This document shows, piece by piece, positions 14,195 through 27,554 of a stretch of 64,000 nt of DNA; positions within the stretch are counted from its first letter, which is position 1, and each line of letters starts with the position of its first letter. The stretch lies in NCBI RefSeq assembly GCF_009914755.1, contig NC_060929.1. One strand, given 5' to 3'. This DNA is from the human T2T-CHM13v2.0 reference genome, Homo sapiens. The position numbers were made by a program, and so were the translations under genes. Below the pieces are notes generated by a model. The model saw nothing but the letters and a program-made list of their open reading frames with translations. It was not told the origin of the DNA and searched no databases.

Positions 14195-14388
14195 CACAAA
14201 CACACACACACACATATATATAATACATGTGGCCTGTGCCACCACGCCCAGATAATTTTTGTGTTTTTAGTAGAGACCGGGTTTCATCATGTTGGTCAGG
14301 CTGGTCTTGAACTCCTGACCTCAGGTGATCCACCCACCTCAGCTTCCCAAAGTCCTGGGATTACAGGCGTGAGCCCTCGCAACCGGCC
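14006..14388 (-). mobile_element. AluSx-like, nested in the MER52 LTR, with an internal microsatellite
   Basis: Alu arms with CTCCTGACCTCAGGTGATCC; TSD AAGAAGAGTTTT at 13994-14005 and 14391-14402. Confidence 0.95.
14139..14222. repeat. (TA)26 followed by (CA)n/(TA)n
   Basis: Directly visible. Confidence 0.95.
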
Positions 14389-16228
14389 ACAAGAAGAGTT
14401 TTATTTAGTGTTACAACAGCTCAGAGAGCTGGGTAGCTCCTCTCAGTAGGCAGGTCGTCCAGTTGAGTGTTCGGCTCTTAGCAGAGGAGGCCGGAGAGGG
14501 TGGCTCTTCTCTGCAGGCAAGTCATTTTTACGTCTCTGCAGGTCTCTGAAGTTCTCATCAGAGAGGGTAGCTCCTCTCTGCTGGCAGATCGTCTCTGCAG
14601 TTCTCAGCAGAGTGGGTACTCCTCGAATACTCCTCTCTGCAGCTGGTCATCCCAGCTATCAGCAGAGAAGGTACTGCTCTCTGCAGCTGGTCGTCCCTGC
14701 CAAAGACATCTCTCTCTGCCTCCCTTAACTTCTGGTGGTCCTCTGCCTTTGTCTGACTAAGCCCAGGACTTTTACAGGCCTCAGAAGGGAGGAAGTGCCT
14801 GTGGATTGGCCCATGGGCAGGAAGGGGCAGGCCCGGAAGAGGCAGAAGTATTCCCCACTCTGGTCCGGGACTGGCAGCCCGGCCCTCAGTCTTCAGGCCC
14901 TCCATGCCTCCTGCTGCCATTCATGGCCCCAGGGCTTGGCCGTTCCTCCCCTCCATCTGATTGGAGCAGGTGCCAGGAGCAGAAAGTGGCCAGGCAGTGG
15001 GAGCAGACACCCCTAAACCTTTAGGGGCTGGGAATGGGGAGGTTGGTCCTTCCTGGGGACCCGAGGGTGCAGGCTGCAGAGACGCCCGGCTCCTGCGCCT
15101 GGGAGGGCGGCAGCAGCAGCTGCACCCAGCAACTTGGAAGGGGAAGAGCTCCCACTTTTCTCCAGCTCCTGCCTGTTTCATGGAGCGGGAGGCCCAGGTG
15201 GGTAGCCTCAGGTTGGGAGGCTGCAGCTGCACCCTGGAGGGCTGATCCTGCCTGTTCCTGGCTCCCCCAGGAGCACAGAGAGGCTTGGATCCATAGCTGC
15301 AGTTTGGACAACTGTAGTCCCTCCCAGGATCTCCTGCTTGCGTCGTTGAGCAAGAGGCCTGGATCTGCAGGGGCAGTTTGCGCCGCTGTAGCGGCACGGG
15401 GAGCTTTCTTCAGAAGGGGCAGGGCTCCCGCTGGCTCCATGGAGTGTGGTGCCCCAGCCACGCTTCCCTGCCGTAGCCGGCATGATGGCAGCAGCCACTG
15501 ACATCAATATGTGTCAGAGCAAATCCATCAAATGAATGAGCTACTGGGTAAGCTCTTCAGGCCATTACCTTCTGAATGAATCAGCTGCAGCCATCTTCAG
15601 GCTTTGTTTTTTCTGCTCAGGACTTACAGTTGCAAGGGAGAGGAAGTCTGATCGTTCAGTAGTGCTCTTGTGCCCGTTCTTTAGCCAGGAGAGGGCGAAA
15701 GAATTTGAAGGTAGCACCACTAATTCTATATCTATTGTGTTAGAGTTAGCTCATTGAAAGAAAATTGAGGCATATTTAGCACAGATGGAGAGAGAATGTA
15801 ATGCCATACATATAGTGTACTTCACTGTAGGAAATGACATTATTTTAGACCAAAATTATTAACAGAAAAATGGGGTGTTCAGCTGCTCAAGTAACCAATG
15901 GACTGCTTTAAACTGTAGTTAGATTTTAGAGTATTAGGGTAGATGATTTCAAGCTTTTTTGATATTACACCTCTTTCAGTAACAACGTAATGCCTAAGGT
16001 TGGGCCCTCATCTCAACTTTATGTATATTAAAGTTGAGATATTTTTATGCAAACATCACTCTACTAATTATTTTGTACATTATAAATCATGCACGAAAAC
16101 ATAAATAGGATGAGGTAGAAAAATGAAAATAGAAATTCTAATGTTTTTTTCCTGTACTATCGTGGATGATTGTCCTGTATTGGAGACTAGTATAAAGGAG
16201 AGAATGTACAGTACATCAGGTGATCCTA

Positions 16229-16694
<466 letters not shown>

Positions 16695-19600
16695 TTAAGC
16701 TACTGTATCTTTGTTATATGAAAAAGTTGCTACTAGAGCACTTTGTCCTCAGACCTGGGAGCTTTTCAGCACATTTATTATGATTCTCCTAACAATTCCC
16801 CAAAACATTACTTAAGTAAGAATTTTTCCTTTCCCAGAATGCAGAATCATTTGGTGTAGCTTCTGCCTCCTCTAACTAACCTTCTTCTTTTGGGTTATTA
16901 ACATTTCTGCAAGTCACCACCATTAAAATAAGTAATGTGCTCTTTCTTCTAGATGAAGGAATTGAGCAGTACCTGTGTATCATATAATCACTCCAGCTTA
17001 GCATTTCTTTGATATTTTTGTTGTCAATTAGCGTGAGGATCTTCCTTTTGAAAATGAAGTAGAAAATTCAAACAGCTTCATGTTTTGGAAATTCTCAGTA
17101 CTCTGACTGCTGAATAACTTTTTTCACATAAAAAGTGAAATGCTTTCCTTGCTACTGGTGATTAGTGAGCAGTTAAGTGAACAATCTTAGATTTTGCAGG
17201 TTTTGAACTGTTGGTAATAGCTGTTTAGCTTTGATGTAGTAATTCAGAAAAGAGTCAAAATGCATTTTGGTAAATCTACTTTTAATATGTCCAGAGAGAT
17301 ATGATTTTGTAATATAATAGCCAATAAATAACTATCCAGATATGAATGTTAAAAAAACAAACAAATTCTATAAATTCCAAATGTTAAATACTTGTTTTTT
17401 TAAAAAAAGTCAGTAGAATATTCAGATATTATAATATTTTAAATTATGTAAAAGATACATGAAAAGACCAAGAAAGCATATGTTTTTCTTTATTAAATAT
17501 ATATACAGTAAATGGACATATGCTTTTGAGCACTTACTGCAAATAACCAAGTTTCATGAATGCATTAGAAGACTAATATATTTACTATTTTTTGACCTAT
17601 ACAAATAGTACTTTCTCCTGGTTCAGTAATATATATTAACAAAGCTTTGTCAGTAAAGACTTTCTTGCAGTACTTCTAAGTTGACTTATTACATTGTATA
17701 TCACATACTATGAAATTTTTCCATAAAGTAAGTTTTGAGAGAAAAAAACAAAATTCAAAATTTTTTTTGCTTAAAAATAACTATTTAACATGTAGTAAAA
17801 TAATACAAACCTACTATCCTGCTTCAGCAAGACCGTGTAATACGCTCTTCAGACTGCTTTGTCACATCACTGACAATCCAAAGCAACAGTGATACGATCA
17901 AATAAAATCGATGTACACGTTGCTATTCTTCTATTTTTTTGTGTGCATTTTATAGTTGCTACCACTCTTTCTTTATAATCCTCAGACAAGGGATTGAGCT
18001 GTTATTAAAAGGATTTTTGCAACTTTCCTGAGATGAAATAGGTGGTCTACAGATGCATGACAATTATAGCAGCATGAGCATGAGGGGACTTCACAATGTT
18101 GAGTGTATTCCAATGACAATCTTTTAAGGAATTCCCTGTGACTTGTTTCTGGAAAAAAAATACAATAAGAAAAGTGGACTAGAGTTTTATAGCTTTTATG
18201 TATGACCTTTAAAGAGTAAATAGTAAAGATTTTTAAACTGAATTAATAATACAAAATAATCTGTGACAATTTAAAACTATTTTCCCAGAAGTTTTCCTTA
18301 AACTAATTAAATGCCTGATTTTATCATATAATTTATCTCAATGGTCAATAGTCTCTGATTTAATGTCTTTTTTCCCTGCTAGAATATTAGCTTACACAGG
18401 GCAGATTTTATCTCTAATACAACATCACATATACCCAATACCAAACTGCCCGGGGATCATTACATATATAGAGATTGAGTAAATTAATGTATTAGAGTTA
18501 TACGTAAATAAGAGTATTTGCATATAAATTTGAGTGTATGAGCACCTGTTTTTGTTGTTGTTGTTTTTGTTTTTCACTAGACCAATTCTTTTGGAAAATT
18601 ATACTTTGGTTTTTTGGGTATGATTTGCTGCTTTCTTTTTGCTTAAAAACATGAAAAGCATGTTTGAAACTGGCAGCAGTAAAAGCTGTTCTTACTTTGC
18701 ATGATCAATGGAAAAGAAGGGTTTTCCACTGTTTTCTTTTCCATTATTTTCTTGTGATGACACCGTGGCTCCTTATTCCAAACAGTTGTGTTTGTAGTAA
18801 ACCAGAAAAACAAAAACCAACAACAAACAAAGACACCTAGTACCATTAAAAAACTTTGATAAATACTATTATCCTAATTGCACAGAAAAGGCTTTCCATA
18901 ATATATTTAGAAAACTTCTGGCCTCTTGTGAACTGTGGCTTAAACATTAAATACAAATTTTCTTACTTTGGTTTAAAATTATACTATTAAATGAATAAAT
19001 GTTTAAGGGATGAGAGGAGTTGTAAATTAGGTAGCACTATTAGAGTGCATTGAAAAATTCTTTCTGATTACCTTGAATAAAATGATTTCATAGCATTTTC
19101 TACAATATTTTAAGGATCTTTAAGGATTTTTTAATTTTTAAGTGTTTGCACTAATTTTCAGTGATTCTCTATTCCAGGCTAACCTTATTGTAAAATATGA
19201 CACAAAGTAAGTGCACCCTAAAATTAATTAAATTCATCATTTTGAGAATAAATGACAAGATGAATTTAAAAATGTATAATCAAATAAAGTGTTTTTAAAT
19301 TAGTATTCTACTTAGATTATCTAATTCTTATTATTATAGTATATTAAAGAGACTGTCATAATCTCAAGTGATTTGTTCTCCATTTGTATTATTGAGCTTT
19401 CGTATCTATCAGTAATATAATTTCCTTTATAATTAGAACAAGTTATATGAAACAAGGAAAAAACTCTTCCCCATAGTAATGAGATGAGGCACAAATTTAT
19501 ATTTTATTTTCGGTATGTTTGGTTTAGTTTGTTGGCCTAATAGTTTCTTTGAAAGTAGTTTTATTCTTTAGCCTTCTGGTGACCTATAACAGATAAAGTA

Positions 19601-19923
19601 ATGTGAGTGAAGTAGTTCCCGAAATTTAACATGTCACAAACTTTCCATTTAAAATACTGAAATTCAAAAGTAATTTATTTCAAAGCTTGTTTTTACCATC
19701 TCTTTTTCTTAATTTAGGTTAATGTTGATGCCTCTACAGGCTTTGGTTCAACAGAAATAATTTGAACAGAATGCTGTAATCCTATTAACAAATAGATTGA
19801 TTTTTTATTTGATCCCCAAACAATAATTTCATAGACATAATTGCAATGAACCACACCTATGCTATTACAATATTAAAGTGAATTTTATGGCATTAGCTCA
19901 AGTAAAATAGTTCACTGGGTTAA

Positions 19924-20300
<377 letters not shown>

Positions 20301-20817
20301 CATAGAGTTTTAAAGCTGAACGAGATCTCAGAGATTGTATAGTATATACTTTTTTTTAATTTCTGAACTTGCATATAATTTACTGGACAAGGTTGAAATA
20401 GATAAACTAACATGTTGACTTCAAGCAACAGCTAGTAATGAGGTATGATGTAGTAACTGAAATTTGTCTTATAGAAAGTGCTAACATTAGGCCAATGCTA
20501 AAATAACACTAGAAGGTTAATGCTTTGTCAATATTGGACTTCAACTTACTGTTGAAGACTCCATCTGGAAAGTTATTTGAGGTCAATTTGGGTATATGCA
20601 AACACTTCCATCAAGGCATAATCTCATTGATTGTAAGAACAATATAATAATTACTGTACATCCCTAAATTTCTTCCATAATATGTATCCCATAGATACTC
20701 AATAGATGTAATTTTGAGAGATTTATAATACAAATAACTAACATTACAACACTATTATGTAAATGATTCAAAAAGATGGTCTCTGTGTATTGACATCTAA
20801 TTTGCTTATTTATTTAC

Positions 20818-21315
20818 TATAGGCTAAAATCAGTTATCTCAAAAGCCCAACAACACTAAATTCAAATTTTTACTTATTCAATTATTTTCAAAATAGCCCC
20901 TTTTAGCCGTTAGAGCCTGCCTGCTTTGCATGCTTCTAAAACCAACATTTGCCAGCCATACCTCAAATAAGCCTTGTAGAGGACACCAAGACACTGCTGC
21001 TGCTGCCCTTTGTGGTTCTCTAACACAGTCTCCACAGTGCTGCTGAGAGACAGCATCTAGACAGGTAAAGCGCCTCTCCAGCATCCTTTTCCCTTGGACT
21101 TTCCCTGCTTGCCTTCCTCCCCTTATGAGTAGCAACTCTGCTCTGTAGACCCTAGACAGCCTCCTGCTGTGAGGGATTCCTCCATTGCCCTACATATAAA
21201 CTTGTTCACGCCTCCCTCACTCAATAAAGTTTGTGTGTGCTACTGCCACTTCTTGACCTCTTGGTCATAGCTTTTTTTTCTCATCAGTTCCTGAATCTTT
21301 CCAACCCTTTATACA
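20818..21315 (+). mobile_element. MER67-family ERV1 solo LTR
   Basis: TAGAGCCTGCCTGCTTTGCA, GCTGTGAGGGA, AATAAAGTTTGTGTGTGCTACTGCCAC...GGTCATA match recalled MER67C. Confidence 0.7.
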
Positions 21316-22990
21316 CTTTTATATATATTATTTTGTTCCCTGAAAAATTTATTATACTATGTTACATTATCTTAAAACAATTCTAATATTGTACCTTTTA
21401 AGGTTTGAAAATTGAATGACTTTATGAAGGTAAAATGTTCAGAAGATTTTCTTATGCATGTGTGTGCTTTATAAAGGCCACCTGTATTATTAATATTAAG
21501 CAAATCCCCAAATAACCTACTGTGATACTACCCCAATTCCAGGTTTTCTCAGACCCTGCCCACAACAGGAGATGTAAAGAGAGTTAACATGGGTAGAAAT
21601 GGGGAAGTAAGTCTCCCCAGGGGCAATATCTACCATGGAGACTAGCTTGGGCAAAGGACAAGTTTAATAACTAAAAAGCCCAAGTGATTCACTCAAGGAA
21701 GTGATATTATAGTAATTTTTACACCACCATGTGTTCTATGTTGTAGCTACATTATGGGTTAATTGGATATCATCAATAATCTTGATACTTCTAAGTGAGT
21801 TGCAAATCACATTTGGATCTATTTCTGATTTGAAATTTTTCCATATTTGAAGTATTAATAATATCAACACAAATTTTATATATAAAATTGAGCCCACTCT
21901 CAATGAATTCCTGAAATTATAAACATCAGAAAACTAGATGCTTTGCATCTATTACAGCAATTCCTGATTACCGATGTAAAACGTATCTGATTTTTCAAAT
22001 TGTTTCTCTTCAAACAAATCAATTGTTTTTACACGTATTTAGATTGAAAATTAATAAATGTGTGACTATGATTTTATTGCATAGGTGGTAATCAACACAT
22101 TTTCAATATAGGTGGTCTTACAAATATAGTTGTGTATAGATTTTGAAAATCGAATGGGTCTATTTTGTCTACTAACTATAAGTAATCATTTAATATTTAT
22201 TTTATTTTATATCTTTTAAAATTGTTATAATCAAATACAAATAATATTATTTCCCTTTTTAACTGAAACATTAAATAAGAATATCTGCCAAGCCTCTCTC
22301 ATTATGTTCAATTTCAACATACAATCACCATCGTAAGTGTTTAGTTATTTATTTTTTCTCTTCCACTGAAAATGTTGTTATATATATTTTATACCTATTG
22401 TCCTTCCTTGGATGACTTCCATTTCTTCATTCAGGCATCACCATTTTCAGGTAAAACGCACATAGCAATAATGCCAACTCATCTAGGACCTGGATACCTG
22501 AGTTTCAAAAATCAAAGACCCTGTCATTTGCCTTGACGGAGACTCAGTAATAGCTGTCACTCACATTAAGACTTTTATCCTCCTATAGACGAACTCCTGA
22601 AGGTTCGAAAATCTAGAATAATGTAGTTTTACTTTTGCTGGCTTATTAATGTCTATATAGGAGTGGAACAAGGACGAAAATTTAGGTTATTTGAATTTTT
22701 AAGATATTTAAAACTCAAATATTTCTATTTCATTTTAGTGAACAATATTCCTGCTAAAAAGTATTGAAACTAACAACCTTGAAACTAAGGAAGATAGCTT
22801 TGAAATAAATGGAAACATGTCCCTGTAAACATGGAGACAAAACAATTGATATGGTAAAAAAATGAATTAGTAGCCTTTGGGTCTGTATTGCACTTTCATT
22901 ATGACATATATTCATAAATTAGGTAAGGATATTGCTATAACATTTTATTGAATATTTGTATTAGTAAAGTCAAAATGTGATTTGCCTCAG

Positions 22991-23927
22991 TGTATTAGTT
23001 TTTTTGGGCTGCTGTGACAAAGTACCACGAAGTGGTTCAGGATTTTATCATTATTTTTTTCCTATTTTAGTTCAGGAAGTCAGAAGTCTGGAATCAAGAT
23101 GTTAGCAAGTTGGCTCTGGAGGCTCTGAAAGAGAATCTGTTCCATGACTCTCTCCTAGCTTCTTATGGTTACAAGCAATCCTTGGCATTTGTTGATTTGT
23201 ATCTGCATCACACCCATCTCTGCCTCCATTGTCACATGACCTTCTTTCTAACTGTCTCTATGTGTGTATCGTCTTCCTAAAAGGACACTAGTCCGTGGAT
23301 TTATGGCCCATTCTTATCCAGTGTGGCTTCATTTTAACTGATTATGTTGCTGAAACACCAGGGGTTTGATCTAGGTTCTATTGCTCATCACCCTGAAAGC
23401 CAATCAATGACACAATGAGTATTGCCAGGGAGGAAGGCTTTAATAAGGTGCTGCAGTGGAAGAGATGGGAGATCTGTCTGAAACCAGTCTCCCTGATGGA
23501 CTAAAATTAAGGGTTTGTATAGTAGGGAAGAAATGTACCCATGCGTTGGAAAACAAGAACGAGGGAAGAGGAGTTGGTCGTCAGGAGGCAGGTGTTCGGC
23601 TAGACAATCATAATGCGTGAGGGGTCTAGCATCTCCTCGACCAGATGTGGTGATCTGGTAAGTTTCAGTTCCTTGATACTGTCTGGAAGGCTTGATAGTT
23701 AGTTTCCTGAGAAAGGAACTTAGGTAAGATAATTGTAACTTTTTCAAGTTTTAAGACTGGGTTAATTTCTGTGTTTATTCAAAAGAAACCATGAACATCA
23801 TTTCTATAGAACAATTGGGCCAGAATCAATTACATCTGCAAATACTGGATTTTATTTCCAAATAGGATCACATCCTGAGATCTTACCTGGACATGAAATT
23901 TTGAGGGACATTATTCAATTTATTACA
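22991..23927 (-). mobile_element. MLT1C-like MaLR solo LTR (split by a nested LTR)
   Basis: TGTATTAGTT...GCTGCTGTGACAAAGTACCAC...CAGAAGTCTGGAATCAAGATGTTAGCA...ATTACATCTGCAAA...GGGACATTATTCAA; 5-bp TSD CTCAG/CTCAT. Confidence 0.85.
23345..23828 (-). mobile_element. ERV1 solo LTR (MER66-like), nested in MLT1C
   Basis: TG...CA ends, 484 bp, perfect 4-bp TSD ATTA (23341-44 and 23829-32); GAAACACCAGGGGTTTGATCTAGG...GAGTATTGCCAGGGAGGAAGGCTTTAAT; family name from recall. Confidence 0.8.
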
Positions 23928-24336
23928 CTCATGATTTATATCAAAAAGCTTTGCAACTATTGATGGTATAATGCACGTGAAACTTGGTGCTCAATTAACT
24001 GTTATTTTGTATTCTGGGATGTACCAGTAATTCACTTAATTTTAGTGCATTGGTGTTTCTATTTACAAAACTTGGATGATAATTTCCATATATATTATAG
24101 GTTTTAATTAGAATCATGCAAACTAGGAATTCATAACCATTTTGGACTAAGGAGTTTGTAATGTATGTATACATTACATAACTATAATAATAACCATTAT
24201 TAATAGTTTAATAATATCATCAGAATAAGAACTATTCTCACTCCTTCTAGTAAACTGTTATGTGACCTTGGGCAAGTCATCTGCCTATTTAAAATTTGTG
24301 TGACTCATACATTAAAGTCAAGGGGTTGAACTAGAA

Positions 24337-24551
24337 TCAAAAATCAAAAATCTGTAGCCCTTGGATCCATTATTTGCATGCATATTTTATTTCACCAGAA
24401 AAATATTTAAAATAATAAATTTCATTGCTTTTAGGCAAGACTTGTACTTTCCAGTTAATCACAGTTCTTATCCCATCTTAAAATGTCAGATTGGCTATTT
24501 CATATTTAAAACTTCAGTGACTCCTGAAGGCATTTGAGTTTGTGGTCCTAG
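24337..24551. mobile_element. hAT-Charlie DNA transposon relic (MER102-like) next to a MIR fragment
   Basis: Terminal CTCCTGAAGGCATTTGAGTTTGTGGTCCTAG; MIR core TGTGACCTTGGGCAAGTCA just upstream. Confidence 0.5.
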
Positions 24552-26135
24552 AGTTTTCTAACTATATAGTCTCTTGAGTCTCAAGTCATAGATTACTTTC
24601 AGAATGATAAAGTCACATTTTGTGACTAGTTTATCTCATTTGAAAATGGTATAAATTCCTTTGACTCCTTAAAGGATAGCTACTTAATGAGTATAAAATA
24701 CTATTATGCTGCAATCTCTTTGTTACTGCTTGAAGTACCACTATGTATTAAGTGGACATCTGCATTTAGCTTTTCATTATGACTTCTAGATTATTTCTTT
24801 GAGAAGTTAAAACTAATTCAGCTCCTATCAGTGGATATGAGTAGTCACAGTTGCTTCTGCCCAAGGACACTCATGTAAATCAAATGTTAATTTCATCTCT
24901 GTGAGGTGCCATTAAAACAGCAATAAGCTGTCTGCCCACATTTTAGCTTTGTGAAGACAACATGCATTTAAATACTCTTTTTTATATCCTTGGCCTTCTG
25001 CTCACTAGAGAAATTTCTATTCAGGAGCATTTTTACTGCCAATGTCTGTCCATCTTCTCTCTCTTCAAGGTAATATCTAGTACTGGGAAGTCTTAACTGG
25101 TGCTGACATAAGGAGCAGTAGTTGGAGATATATATATAGTTAGATAGATACATAGATAGATAGATATAGATATATTCTAAATGCTAATATATTGAATATT
25201 CTACTTACACATAGGTTTTACAAGTAAAGTTAATCTAAGATGTAGAACTCTCTTTTAAGGAGAAAATGATTCTTGCATGTCACAAAAGATAAGAGTCTAG
25301 TGGAAAAAGATAAATGTTTATAAAACTTTATTTTTATTAAATTATAGTTGTGTTAAGTGTAACAATATAATTATTATTCATGAGAAGAACTTTTCCATGT
25401 ACAGGCTTAATAAAATTCATTTAAAAAAGATACTAACTTTTTAAACATTAATTAAATAGAGTGCACAAGTCCAATACAGGGATGAAGAATACTAGGGAGT
25501 CATTATCAATATCCCAGACCTCTCAGTTTCACTGAGCCTCTTGGTTGACTGTATCCTTGAAAGTGTTGCTAAAGCTTGACAGTATAAGAAACTGGGTAAT
25601 AAGAATCAAGTGGATCTGTCTGTGTTCTTCATTTTTCACTGAAGAAAATTAATTTATGTCTGTAACTTAATAACATAATCCAGAAACTTCAATATTTTGA
25701 ATACAGTGTCCAGCATCCAAACACAATTACCACACAGGAGAGGAGGGAGATGAAAATACCTTTAAAATGGGAAAAAAGGCCAAATATTTAAAACAGATCC
25801 ATAGAAAATATAGATATGTACATTATACAGTAGGAGAATTGAAACAAAAACATTGAATATATTCAATAAAATATAAAACAAGGTGAAATATTATATAAGA
25901 GAATTGGGAAAATAAAATACTGAATCTCATTGCTCTACATATTGGCTTTGTAACAAAATAGACAAAGGAAAAAAGATGTTTGGTGACTAGAACGTGTGTC
26001 TGTAAAAGTTACCCAACTCGATAAGGAAGAAAAAGATAGGAACTAAAGAACAGAAAAGCTATAGAATTTATGGACAAAAGTACACATACACATGCACACA
26101 CATATAGACACAGACACATAAAACACTCTTGATAA

Positions 26136-26447
<312 letters not shown>

Positions 26448-26479
26448 TCATTTAAATTCAACAATATAGAAAATGGAAG

Positions 26480-26790
26480 ATGCCAGATGCCTCAAATGTA
26501 GTTAGATTTATCCCTGAAAAACAGTATTAGTGTATTATTTGAAAAATCAATCAATCTAATTCTTTGCATTCACAGAATTAAAGTGAAAAATTATGTGATT
26601 ATCTTACTGAATACAGAAAATTCATTTCCTAATATTCAATACTCACTCATGATAAAACAAGCAAAAGCTTCTAGAAGCATAGATAGAATAACAAACATCC
26701 TGCTCTGTGATTTTTCACCTGAGATTGTGATAGAGACAAGAATGCCTATGGACCCTAATTTTATTTAATAATATTCTGGAGACCTTGGTA
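26480..26790 (+). mobile_element. Ancient L1 ORF2 (RT region) fragment
   Basis: Degenerate KSIN..KNYVIIL.NTENSFPNIQY.LMIK and RQECL..LILFNNILE, resembling the L1 [24 protein letters not shown] and RQGCPLSPLLFNIVLE motifs. Confidence 0.7.
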
Positions 26791-27554
26791 ACGTAGCACG
26801 GAGGGATGACACTAAAGGTTGAGATATTAGTAGACTAGGAGGCTCTAAGAGAGATCTTTCTTAAAATCCTAAATGGATTAAATAATTCACTAGTTCAAAA
26901 CCTTTCAGGTTGGATAAAAATTAGATTGCTGTACAAGGCCCTTCATTATCTGGTAATTATTTACCTTTCTTGACCAATTCCCTCCAATCAAACTTTCATC
27001 TTCTAAGATTTAGCCATGCTTTCTGAGGAGGAAGTTAAAGCAGCTGGAGTGTAATACACTTCTGTGATTATTTATTGCCAGTGGAAAGTAAAGAAGGCAG
27101 ACAAAGCAGTCTAATAATCTTGTCAACATGATTACCGAACCTCCACATCAATGGTTAAATAATTTTTATAAAGAGGAGAAATCTATTAAATGTTCTTAAC
27201 AAGATGTCCCTGTTTAAACATTGCTTGTAGTAACTAAAACCCCAAATCTGGGATATTCCCTCATAGCATGTTCCCTTGAAAAGTTTCTATAAACTCTACT
27301 ATAAAATGAAGAGTTTTCTAAAACTAACTCCTCCTCATGATGTAAGTTAGTAATTTATGTAAAGTAGTGACTTTGTCCCCAGTAAGCCAGAGAGTACATG
27401 TCCACTGCAGGTATGGAGAATTCGTGGGGCTGCCCTCAATGTTTGCCTCTCTGATGGCTTATGTCCTTGAAAGTATTAAGCTTGATAATGGCCAAGGTCT
27501 CTGATTTATATGAAACTGATTTTACAAACCAATCCATTATGTTAGTTTACAGCC

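Larger units (their letters stand above)
13868..15506 (-). mobile_element. MER52-family ERV1 solo LTR (MER52C-like), interrupted by an Alu
   Basis: TG...CA termini (TGTTATGAGATC...GCCACTGACATCA), 4-bp TSD ATAT (13864-67 and 15507-10), CTGGCCAGAAACCTCTGTGG motif, internal GGGTAGCTCCTCTC repeats, GC-rich. Confidence 0.85.

Noticed and set aside
14425-14700. Repeated GGGTAGCTCCTCTC(TG)CAG units with variable spacers (superficially CRISPR-like)
   Set aside because: Intrinsic tandem repeat of MER52 LTRs; degenerate, eukaryotic context, no cas genes
14500-15507. Many overlapping 70-158 aa ORFs on both strands
   Set aside because: Result of high GC in the MER52 LTR; no recognisable domain
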